DNA from: Candidatus Latescibacterota bacterium | GTDB taxonomy: Bacteria; Latescibacterota; UBA2968; UBA8231 | Length of the DNA stretch: 64,000 bases | Direction of reading: 5' to 3' | NCBI GenBank assembly: GCA_965204725.1 | Contig: OZ242005.1 | Coordinates: 4,608,001 to 4,672,000 of the forward strand | In this document: piece after piece, positions 38,701 to 47,870 of the stretch | Position numbering within the stretch: position 1 is the stretch's first letter | Layout of the letters: the number at the start of each line of letters is the position of its first letter | Translations under genes and position numbers: made by a program | Notes under the pieces: generated by a model | Seen by the model: only the letters and a program-made list of their open reading frames with translations | Told to the model about the DNA's origin: nothing | The model's database searches: none

Positions 38701-41587
38701 CACCCGCGCAGACCTTGCACATTCCGGTGGTGGTGTCGGCGGATGCGGGCACTGAGGCGGGCGACTACGCGGTGGCGAATCTGACGGATGGAACGGTGTG
38801 GTTGTCGTTTGCCGCTGGCACATCGTCGCAGTCGTTTACCCTGACGGCCAACGAGGACACCGATATTGCCGACGAGACCGTGACGCTGTCGTTTGGGAGT
38901 CTGGTTTCGGGAGTGGCCGTCGGTACGACGCGACAGGCGACGGTGACGCTGCTCGACAACGATACCGATCTCATGCCGACGTTCGCCTCGTTGGGCACTT
39001 CCAGAGCCGCGGTTGCGGGCCAGTATTTTAGTTTTACTCGTCCGTCGGCCAGCGGCGGCAATGCCCCTTTGAGCTACTCGGCCAGCGGTGCCTGCTCTGG
39101 CCTAGCGATTAGGGCCTCGTCGGCCAGCGGAGTCCCTAACTCAATCGGCCAATGTAGGATTACTTGGACGGTTACAGACTCCGATGGCGACACGGACACG
39201 TACTTGCTCCGAGTCGCGGTTGTCGCCGACACCGAGCCTACGTTTGCCTCGTCGGGGGCTTCCAGATCCGTGATTGCAGGCCAGTCTCTCAGTTTTGCCC
39301 GTCCATCGGCCAGCGGTGGCAACGCCCCTTTGAGCTACTCGGTCAGCGGCACCTGTCCCGGCCTAACGGTTACGGCCTCTGAGGTCAGCGGGTCGCCCAC
39401 CACGGCAGGAGAGTATGCGATTACTTGGACGGTGCGCGATACGGATGGCGACACGGACACGTACTCGCTGCAAGTCGCGGTGGCCGCCGACACCTCTCCT
39501 GCGTTTGCCGCGTCGGGCGTCTCCAGATCCGTGATCGCGGGCCAGTCTTTCAGTTTTACTCGTCCATCGGCCAGCGGTGGCAATTTGCCCTTGACGTACT
39601 CGGTCAGCGGCAGTTGCGATGGCCTAACGGTTACGACCTCTGCGGTGAGTGGCTCGCCGAGGACGGCTGGACAGTGTGGGATTACTTGGACAGTACGGGA
39701 CACCGATGGCGACACGGACACGTACTCGCTGCAAGTCGCGGTGGCCGCCGACACCTCGCCTACGTTTGCCGCGTCGGGTGTCTCAGAGGGCGCGATTGTA
39801 GGTCAGCCTTTCAGTTTCAGCCGTCCGTCGGCTAGCGGCGGCAACTCGCCCTTGCGCTACTCGGTTAGCGGCAGTTGCGATGGCCTAACGGTTACGACCT
39901 CTGCGGTCAGCGGAACACCTAGCTCGACCGGGCAATGTGGAATTACTTGGACGGTGCGCGACACCGATGGCGACACGGACACGCACTCGCTGCAAATTTC
40001 CGTGGCCGCCGACACCTCGCCTACGTTTGCCTCGTCGGGTGCCTCAGCGGGCGCGATTGTGGGTCAGCCTTTCAGTTTCAGCCGTCCGTCGGCTAGCGGT
40101 GGCAACTCACCTTTGCGCTACTCGGTCAGCGGCAGTTGCGACGGCCTAACAGTTACGACCTCTGCGGTCAGCGGAAAGCCTACCACAGCAGGAGAGTATG
40201 CGATTACTGGACGGTGCGCGACTCCGATGGCGACACGGACACGTACTCGCTGCAAGTCACGGTTGCGGCTGACACCTCTCCTACGTTTGCTTCGTCAAGC
40301 ACCTCAGAGGACGCGATCGTAGGGGTGAATTTCAGTTTTACCCGTCCGTCCGCCAGTGGCGGCAACTCGCCCTTGCGCTACTCGGTCAGCGGCAGTTGCG
40401 ATGGCCTAACGGTTACGACCTCTGCGGTCAGTGGAACACCTAGCTCGACCGGGCAATGTGGAATTACTTGGACGGTGCGCGACACCGATGGCGACACGGA
40501 CACGCACTCGCTGCAAATTTCCGTGGCCGCCGACACTTCGCCTACATTTGCTTCGTCAAGCACTTCGAGGTCTGCGATCACGGGCCAGTCTTTCAGTTTT
40601 AGCCGTCCGTCGGCCAGCGATGGTAACTCGCCTCTGCGCTACTCGGTCAGCGGCAGTTGCGCTGGCCTCACAGTTACGACCTCGTCGGTCAGCGGGTCGC
40701 CGCGATCGGCCGGCCGATGTGGGATTACTTGGACGGTACGTGACACGGATGGCGACACGGATACGCACTCGCTGCAAATTTCCGTGGCCGCCGACACCTC
40801 GCCTACGTTTTCCTCGTCAGGCACTTCCCGGTCTGTGATCGCAGGCCAGTATTTCAGTTTTAGCCGTCCGTCGGCCAGCGGTGGTAATTCGCCTCTGCGC
40901 TACTCGGTCAGCGGCAGTTGCGCTGGCCTCACAGTTACGACCTCGTCGGTCAGCGGATCACCGCGGTCGGCCGGCCGATGTGGAATTAGCTGGACGGTGC
41001 GCGACACCGATGGCGACACGGATACGTACTCGTTGCAGATTTCCGTAGCCGCCGACACCTCGCCTACATTCGCCTCGTCGAGCACTTCGAGGTCTGCGAT
41101 CACGGGCCAGTATTTCAGTTTTAGCCGTCCGTCGGCCAGCGGTGGTAACTCGCCCTTGCGCTACTCGGTCAGCGGCAGTTGTGCTGGTCTAACGGTTACG
41201 ACCTCGTCGGTCAGCGGATCACCGCGGTCGGCCGGCCGATGTGGAATTAGCTGGACGGTGCGCGACACCGATGGCGACACGGATACGTACTCGTTGCAGA
41301 TTTCGGTTGCCGCCGATAGGTCCCCTACGTTTTCCTCATCGGGGGCGTCTAGGTCCGCGATTGTGGGTCGGTATTTCAGTTTCACCCGTCCATCGGCTAG
41401 GGGCGGCAACTCGCCTCTGCGCTACTCAGTCAGCGGCAGTTGCGCTGGCCTCACGGTTACGACCTCGTCGGTCAGCGGTTCGCCGCGGTCGGCCGGCCAA
41501 TGTGGGATTACTTGGACGGTACGCGACACCGATGGCGACACCGCCACGTACTCGCTGCAACTAAGCGTCCGTCAACTTGGGGCTTGA
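35754..41587 (+). CDS. Giant secreted M6-like zinc metalloprotease/adhesin (FN3, cadherin, Calx-beta, 10 Ig-like repeats), frameshifted near 40208
   Basis: GSVRAYYDSVS.G, HEIGHLLGLHH; ORFs 35754-40322 and 40136-41587 are joined by a 1-bp deletion in repeat 5. Confidence 0.8.
38976..41575 (+). repeat. Ten tandem 261-bp (87-aa) Ig-like repeats
   Basis: Unit starts 38976, 39237, 39498, 39759, 40020, 40280, 40541, 40802, 41063, 41324; motif ASGGN.PL.YS...D(T/S)DGDT. Confidence 0.95.
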
Positions 41588-41592
41588 ACTAA

Positions 41593-41633
41593 GCGGGCCG
41601 GCCCTCCACCGCGATGGTCGGCCCGCAAAAAAA
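41593..41633. terminator. GC-rich hairpin, probable terminator
   Basis: GCGGGCCGGCC...GGTCGGCCCGC followed by an A-run. Confidence 0.5.
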
Positions 41634-41944
41634 CCGCTTGTCAACTGACGAAAGGAGGCTCGACAGCGGCTAGCGCATAAAGAGGCCGACGGCGCAGACG
41701 ATGTGTGCCGCCGGCCTCTTTATGTCATCTGGAGACTCCCGTCCTGTTCACACCCGCTCGCGCCATCCTATCTTGCTAACAGGTCGCAAGAAACCCGCAT
41801 CCCTCAAGGGCGTCTGATCCCGGAAGGACGAGCCGTTGCAAGGCGACCCTCTGAAATTTTCCCGTCAACAGTCTTTATCTTTATTATCTTGTCTCGGTTC
41901 CTACGTGCAGAAATTTCTGCGCTAAACCCAAGAGAGGTACGCCA

Positions 41945-43645
41945 ATGAGAACCTTTTCCAGACTTCTATGCCTTTGCCTCGTCGCGGCCGGCGTCCGAGC
42001 CGAGACCCCTTCGCCGCTGCTACAGGCCATGCGGGAAGAGTTGACGCGCTCCTCCAGTCTGCTTGCGGAGCAGCCGGTCTCGCCCTACTTCCTCAGCTAC
42101 GAAATTACCGAGACGCAGGGAATCAATGTCAGAGCCTCTTTCGGCGCGCTGACTTACAGCAATGAATCGCGCCGCCGCCAACTCGACATCGACCTGCGCG
42201 TGGGAGACTACGCCTTCGACAATACGCATCAGGTCCGCGGCGGCCCTAGGAATTGGTCCGACCGCTATTCGATGATCGAGATTCCCGTTGAAGACGACCC
42301 AGACGCCATTCGCAGCGTGCTCTGGTATCACACCGACAAAAAGTACAAGCGCGCCCTCGAACAACTGACCACAGTCAAGACCAACGTCCAAGTCAAGGTG
42401 GAAGAGGAGGACCAGTCGGACGACTTCTCCAAAGAGCCGGTTGAGCACTACGTCGAAGACATCGCCTCCTTTGACATTTCCCGCGACGAATGGGAGGCCA
42501 AGCTCAAAAAATACACGGCCCCCTTCGCCCAATACGGCGACATGTACGAAGCTGACGCTAGCCTGTGGGCCAATATCTCGACTCGCCAATACGTCAACAG
42601 CGAGGGCAGCGAGATCCAGACCTCGCAAGTGCTCTACCGCCTGTTCATCTACGCCTTCACCAAGGCCGACGACGGCATGGAATTGCCGCGCTACGAATCC
42701 TTCTCCGCCTTTGCCCCAGAGGGCCTGCCCAGCGACGACGAAGTCCTCTCCTTAGTGGATCGCATGATCGACGACTTGCACGCCTTGCGCGACGCTCCGG
42801 TGGTGGCCCCCTACGCCGGCCCGGCGATTCTCTCGGGCCGCGCCAGCGGCGTCCTCTTCCACGAAATTTTCGGGCACCGCATTGAGGGCCATCGCCAAAA
42901 GCGCGAGGACGAGGGCCAGACCTTTAAGAAGAAAATAGGAGAGAAAGTCCTGCCCGAGACCTTCTCGGTTTACTTTGACCCGACTCAGACGCGCAGCACC
43001 GGCAAGGATTTAGTGGGTGCTTATGCGTACGACAATCAAGGGGTCAAAGGACAGCGGGTGGCGGTGGTCGAGAACGGGATTTTTCGCCGCTTTCTCATGT
43101 CGCGCTCGCCGATCGAGAATTTCCCCCATTCCAATGGGCACGGACGCAAGCAGCCGGGCTATACCCCGGTGGCGCGCCAGTCCAACCTCATCGTCGAGAC
43201 CTCGGAGCCGCTGACCCGGGAGCAACTCAAGGAAATGCTCATTGACCAATGCCGCATGGAGGACCAGGAGTTCGGTCTCTATTTCGAGGACATCCAAGGG
43301 GGCTTCACCATCACGGGCCGCACCATACCCAACGCCTTCAACGTGCTTCCCATCATGGTGTACCGCATTTACACCGATGGGCGCGAGGAACTAGTGCGCG
43401 GCGTGGATCTAATCGGCACGCCGCTCACCGCCTTCAGCCAGATCGCCGCGGCCGACGATCAGATCGACGTGTTCAACGGCATCTGCGGGGCCGAGTCGGG
43501 CGGGGTGCCGGTGGCTGCGGTCTCGCCCGGCATTTTCATCTCGCAAATCGAAGTGCAGAAGAAGGAGAAGTCCCAAGAGCGCCGGCCCATCCTCCAAGCA
43601 CCGTTCTCCGAGTCCGCTGAAGAAGAAGCGGACGACCTCCCTTGA
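41945..43645 (+). CDS. TldD-family metalloprotease with signal peptide
   Basis: HEIFGHRIEG, YDNQG, SNGHGR, C-terminal CGAESG. Confidence 0.85.
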   Translation: MRTFSRLLCLCLVAAGVRAETPSPLLQAMREELTRSSSLLAEQPVSPYFLSYEITETQGINVRASFGALTYSNESRRRQLDIDLRVGDYAFDNTHQVRGGPRNWSDRYSMIEIPVEDDPDAIRSVLWYHTDKKYKRALEQLTTVKTNVQVKVEEEDQSDDFSKEPVEHYVEDIASFDISRDEWEAKLKKYTAPFAQYGDMYEADASLWANISTRQYVNSEGSEIQTSQVLYRLFIYAFTKADDGMELPRYESFSAFAPEGLPSDDEVLSLVDRMIDDLHALRDAPVVAPYAGPAILSGRASGVLFHEIFGHRIEGHRQKREDEGQTFKKKIGEKVLPETFSVYFDPTQTRSTGKDLVGAYAYDNQGVKGQRVAVVENGIFRRFLMSRSPIENFPHSNGHGRKQPGYTPVARQSNLIVETSEPLTREQLKEMLIDQCRMEDQEFGLYFEDIQGGFTITGRTIPNAFNVLPIMVYRIYTDGREELVRGVDLIGTPLTAFSQIAAADDQIDVFNGICGAESGGVPVAAVSPGIFISQIEVQKKEKSQERRPILQAPFSESAEEEADDLP

Positions 43646-43670
43646 GCCATTCCATCCGGCAGGAGCCATC

Positions 43671-45440
43671 ATGTACAAAAGGACCTTTATCCACGTTCTG
43701 ACGACCGCGACCGCGCTGGCGTTTTCCGCGGTCCACGCCGAAGATAGCATTCTGCAACGCGCCCTGCGCGACGAACTGGTGCGCTCAACGCAGCAACTCC
43801 AACTCGAAGAGCTAGAGCGGCCCTACTTTGTCTCCTACCTCGTGCGCGAAGTAAAAACCAAGAGCAGCTCGGCGACCTTCGGCAGCCTGCTCAACAGCGA
43901 CGAGGGGCACTCGCGCCAACTCAGTGTCGAAGTGCGGGTCGGCGACTACGCGCTCGATAACACCAACTTCCGCTCGTTCTCCTTTGGCGGTTCGGGAGTG
44001 GTGCGCATGTACGGGGGTAGCATGCAACTGCCCCTTGAGGACGACTACGACGAATTGCGGCGCAAAATCTGGCTGGCCACCGACGGCGCTTATAAGAAGG
44101 CTCTTGAAGATCTGGCGAGGAAACGCGCGGCCTTGCAGAACAAAACCCGCACCGAGGAAATTCCCGATTTCAGCCGGGAAGAACCTGCCCCTGCAGTACG
44201 CGCAGAGCGGCCCGCTGTCTTGGATCTCGACTCGCTAGACCAGCGAGTGCGCCTGCTTTCGGGCCTATTCCGCGAGATGCCTGACGTCTATACGTCGCGG
44301 GTCCGTTTCAGCGGGTCCAACACCTTGGTCCACTATCTCAACAGCGAAGGCTCTTCCTTCTCCCGCACGCGCTCGTCGCTGGCCTTCACCGCAGTTGCCG
44401 CGACCCAAGCTCCCGATGGGATGCCGCTGGAGGACTTCGTCGCGGTGTACGCCCGTTCACCGGAAGACCTGCCTAGCTACGACGAGTTGGCCGCGCAGAT
44501 CAAGGCCATGGGCGAGCGTCTCAAGCAGCTCCGTCAGGCACCGCTGGTCGAGCGCTATACCGGCCCGGTAATTTTCGCGGGTCAAGCGGCCACCGAACTG
44601 TTCAACCAAGGGTTTGTACCGTACATGCTATCGACGCGGCGGGCACTGACCGACAACCCGAGCTATGAGCGTTTCTACCCCCAGAAAAAGGAAAACCCTT
44701 TCTTGGACAAAATTGGCGTGCGCGTCCTGCCCGAATTCCTCAGCGTGCGCGCCGAGCCGCTCATGGACGCCTACAAAAAGCAGCCCCTGTTCGGTGGCTA
44801 CCGGGTTGACGACGAAGGCGTACTGGCGCGCCCTATCCGCCTAGTGCGGAACGGTGTGCTGGAGACGCTGTTGACCACGCGGACGCCCGTGCGCGGTATT
44901 GACCAGAGCACCGGCAGCCGCCGAGGCGCGGGCGTCGCCCCCAGCAACATTCTGGTCGAGGCGGAGAAGGGCCTGAGCGAAAAGCAGGTCCGCAAGGAAT
45001 TCTTCAAGCTGATCAAAAGACAGAAGAAACAGTACGGCTACATCGTCACCCACATCGCCAACTCGTCATACAACATTCTCGAACCTCAGGTTATCTACTA
45101 TTCCTCTGGTTCCGACGACGAGGACGAGTTGGAAAACGCGATCTTCGTCTATAAAGTCTATCTCGACGGCCGCGAGGAGCTCGTGCGCAATGCGGAGTTT
45201 GCTGGCATCGGCCTTTATACCTTCAAGGACATCGTAAAGGTGTCCAAGACGCATGCGGTCAACACCGTCCCCTTTCGCTCGGAGGACAACTCCTCTCCTT
45301 TTTCTAGAGGGCGCAGTGATGAAGTCCTAGTGAGTATTGTCACGCCTCGCTTGATCCTGTTTGAGGACATCACGCTCAAGCCTCCTAGCGGCGAGATCCC
45401 CAAAGCACCTGTGTCCGTACATCCCTACTTCGACAAGTGA
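43671..45440 (+). CDS. TldE/PmbA-like non-catalytic partner with signal peptide
   Basis: Paralog of the upstream gene (PYF.SY, RVGDYALDN, DDEG) without HExxH. Confidence 0.8.
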   Translation: MYKRTFIHVLTTATALAFSAVHAEDSILQRALRDELVRSTQQLQLEELERPYFVSYLVREVKTKSSSATFGSLLNSDEGHSRQLSVEVRVGDYALDNTNFRSFSFGGSGVVRMYGGSMQLPLEDDYDELRRKIWLATDGAYKKALEDLARKRAALQNKTRTEEIPDFSREEPAPAVRAERPAVLDLDSLDQRVRLLSGLFREMPDVYTSRVRFSGSNTLVHYLNSEGSSFSRTRSSLAFTAVAATQAPDGMPLEDFVAVYARSPEDLPSYDELAAQIKAMGERLKQLRQAPLVERYTGPVIFAGQAATELFNQGFVPYMLSTRRALTDNPSYERFYPQKKENPFLDKIGVRVLPEFLSVRAEPLMDAYKKQPLFGGYRVDDEGVLARPIRLVRNGVLETLLTTRTPVRGIDQSTGSRRGAGVAPSNILVEAEKGLSEKQVRKEFFKLIKRQKKQYGYIVTHIANSSYNILEPQVIYYSSGSDDEDELENAIFVYKVYLDGREELVRNAEFAGIGLYTFKDIVKVSKTHAVNTVPFRSEDNSSPFSRGRSDEVLVSIVTPRLILFEDITLKPPSGEIPKAPVSVHPYFDK

Positions 45441-45515
45441 ACGTTGTGTTATGACGCTGAGGAACGGTCTGAAAACTCATGTTGCTTTTAGCTCGCCTTG
45501 CCTGACGACGCTAGG

Positions 45516-45570
45516 CGTCATTCCCGCGAAAGGACGTCACCCCGTGCCCCGACACGGGGCGGGAATCCAG
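45516..45570. repeat. Nested palindromic REP/dRS3-like element
   Basis: CGTCATTCCCGC...GCGGGAATCCAG enclosing CCCCGTG-CCCCGA-CACGGGG. Confidence 0.6.
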
Positions 45571-45605
45571 AAAAGGACCCAGCCGAGTTTCTAAGGAGGA
45601 ATGCC

Positions 45606-46307
45606 ATGAAAACTATCCAGCGGGGCCTATGCCTTGTTGCAGTGCTCTTTGTTTTAAGCTGTTCGCAAGAAAAAACCATTGCCAGAAATGGTTCGTCGAT
45701 GCCCGAGTCGTTTGTCGTGGTCAACGATGCGATCCCATCTCTCATTTTTGATATCCGATATTATTCAGATGATAATTTTTTGGGAACAAAAGTGAGAGGG
45801 TATGAAAGCGCGAAGTGCATTCTCACCAAGCCGGCCAGTGAAGCACTCAAAGAAGTACAGCGCGAACTAAGCGAGGCAGGGTACACGTTGAAAATTTTTG
45901 ATTGCTATCGCCCGCAAGAAGCAGTGGATCATTTTGTAGCATGGGTACGCGATGTAGGCGATCAAAAAATGAAGGCGCAGTACTATCCCAACGAAGACAA
46001 ATCTCAACTCATCGACAAGGGTTATATCGCAGACCAATCGGGCCACAGCAGGGGCAGCACACTCGATTTGACTTTGGTCGAGAACTCGAGTTCTACAGAG
46101 TTGGATATGGGTACGCCGTTTGATTATTTCGACACATTGTCCAACACGGACGATCCGCGAATTTCGGCGCAACAGAGACGCAATCGGCTGCTATTAAAGG
46201 CCGCGATGGAAAACCACGGCTTTGTGAATTACGACAAAGAATGGTGGCACTATACGCTTAAAGACGAACCGTATCCAGACACGTACTTTGATTTTCCTGT
46301 GAGGTGA
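45606..46307 (+). CDS. ddpX: D-Ala-D-Ala dipeptidase (M15D, VanX/DdpX family), lipoprotein
   Basis: DCYRP, SGHSRGSTLD, MGTPFD, EWWHY; lipobox VLSC; AGGAGG RBS. Confidence 0.88.
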   Translation: MKTIQRGLCLVAVLFVLSCSQEKTIARNGSSMPESFVVVNDAIPSLIFDIRYYSDDNFLGTKVRGYESAKCILTKPASEALKEVQRELSEAGYTLKIFDCYRPQEAVDHFVAWVRDVGDQKMKAQYYPNEDKSQLIDKGYIADQSGHSRGSTLDLTLVENSSSTELDMGTPFDYFDTLSNTDDPRISAQQRRNRLLLKAAMENHGFVNYDKEWWHYTLKDEPYPDTYFDFPVR

Positions 46308-46508
46308 TGCTCGCGTTCACAGCAAACGTTGCAGGCTATAGGTTTATCTTCGTATAATAAATAACCTTGACATAGCAGGCAATTTCGGGCTATCTTGATT
46401 AAGTATTCAACGCGACGTCTCAACGCAATTTACTTGTTCTATCACGTGCAACACTGCACGAGAGCAATCTCAGCACTGAATAGTGATTCTAATATAGGGG
46501 TGATTCCC

Positions 46509-47279
46509 ATGACTAATGCGACCTATCCTATTACACTTAGAAATGCTGAGCCTGAAACTACTCCCTTGGGAGAGTTCGCGAAACTGATTGGTAACTTAAA
46601 TACTATCATCGTTGAGACGGCTCATGCTTGCAACATAGAGCTACCCGAAGACCAAGCCGTTATTTCGCTAGTTGACGTAGAAAAGGGCAGCAATCGGCTC
46701 ATTTTTTCTTTTTTGCCTGCTATATGCCAGATTTTCGCCAAGGTAACGGATTCGGTTGAAGAAGGAGACTTTACTGCACTTCCGATAAAAGCTCACAATG
46801 CACTGCACGATATTTCTCATCAGGCAGAGAAGCAAAGATGGGATGTTTTGTTTGCAGAAGAACAAATGTATCGTATTCGGGAAACCGAAATATCGGCGCG
46901 ACGGCCAATAGCTCCTCCTCGACTTCAATTTATTAAAGGCACAACCACGATTTTTGGTAGGTGTGTACGGGTCGGTGGAAAAACGCCTAAAGTGGACCTC
47001 GCATTGCCTAATCGAAGACTACTTATTCACTGTGAGACGACGATGGAAATTGCAATCAGCCTGTCCCGGAGTCTGTACAAGAATGTCGCTTTACACGGAC
47101 GCGCTTTATGGGATCCTCATACTTTGGAATTGGTCGAGTTCAAGGCTACAGAAATCGCCAAGCAAACACACCATTCGCCGGTAAAAGCACTAGAAGAAAT
47201 TTCTGAACTAGTAGGGGACCAATGGAAAGATACTGACGTCATTGACTTTATCAATAAGACTCGTGCGGAAGGTGCTTAG
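46509..47279 (+). CDS. Hypothetical protein (256 aa), putative antitoxin/sensor partner of the PIN protein
   Basis: Low-GC ORF ending 3 bp upstream of the PIN gene; start ATG 46509 inferred. Confidence 0.65.
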   Translation: MTNATYPITLRNAEPETTPLGEFAKLIGNLNTIIVETAHACNIELPEDQAVISLVDVEKGSNRLIFSFLPAICQIFAKVTDSVEEGDFTALPIKAHNALHDISHQAEKQRWDVLFAEEQMYRIRETEISARRPIAPPRLQFIKGTTTIFGRCVRVGGKTPKVDLALPNRRLLIHCETTMEIAISLSRSLYKNVALHGRALWDPHTLELVEFKATEIAKQTHHSPVKALEEISELVGDQWKDTDVIDFINKTRAEGA

Positions 47280-47282
47280 ACG

Positions 47283-47762
47283 ATGGTCTGTCTCGACACA
47301 CATGTTATCATCTGGGGCATTAAAGGGGAAGCAACTCAAGGCCAAGAGGAAATGGTGCAACGAGCGAAGAGTTATATCAGACATCAGGACGAACAAGATG
47401 TGGAACTAATGGTTCCTGCACCAGTCGTAGCGGAAGCGATGGTACGAGGCGATGTTGATCAATTGCGAACCATCCGAACCATTCTCGAGCGATCCTTTTT
47501 TATCGCTTCATTTGACTCTCCCGCTGCGTTCCTAGCGGCAGAACTAGAGCGAGGTCGTAGTGTGGCTAAATTACTTGAAGAAGGAGAAGTTCCTCGTAAG
47601 CACATAAGAATAGATGCTCAGATTGCTGCCATTGCCATCGCCCAAAAGGCAGAAAAGATAATATCTCACGATCCACATATGCGTACGGTAGCACAAAATC
47701 ACATTCAAGTTACTGAATTACCGGATATTCTCGAACAGGGAGATTTGCAATTTCCTCAGTAA
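47283..47762 (+). CDS. PIN-domain (VapC-like) nuclease
   Basis: LDTHVII, VVAE, DAQIAAIA, SHD acidic PIN residues. Confidence 0.85.
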   Translation: MVCLDTHVIIWGIKGEATQGQEEMVQRAKSYIRHQDEQDVELMVPAPVVAEAMVRGDVDQLRTIRTILERSFFIASFDSPAAFLAAELERGRSVAKLLEEGEVPRKHIRIDAQIAAIAIAQKAEKIISHDPHMRTVAQNHIQVTELPDILEQGDLQFPQ

Positions 47763-47870
47763 GCATTTCTCTTCAGCTAACGTGCGTTCCCGCCTCAAGC
47801 TCACTCCAACTCCGGCGGCCCTTCGACGATGCGATTGGTTGCCATGCGCTAGTTCCGATAGCGTATTGTT

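Noticed and set aside
38976-41575. Non-coding repeat array or CRISPR
   Set aside because: 261-bp units are in-frame protein domains with no unique spacers
45606-46307. Vancomycin-resistance cluster
   Set aside because: No vanH, vanA, vanR or vanS nearby; a lone lipoprotein DdpX-type peptidase
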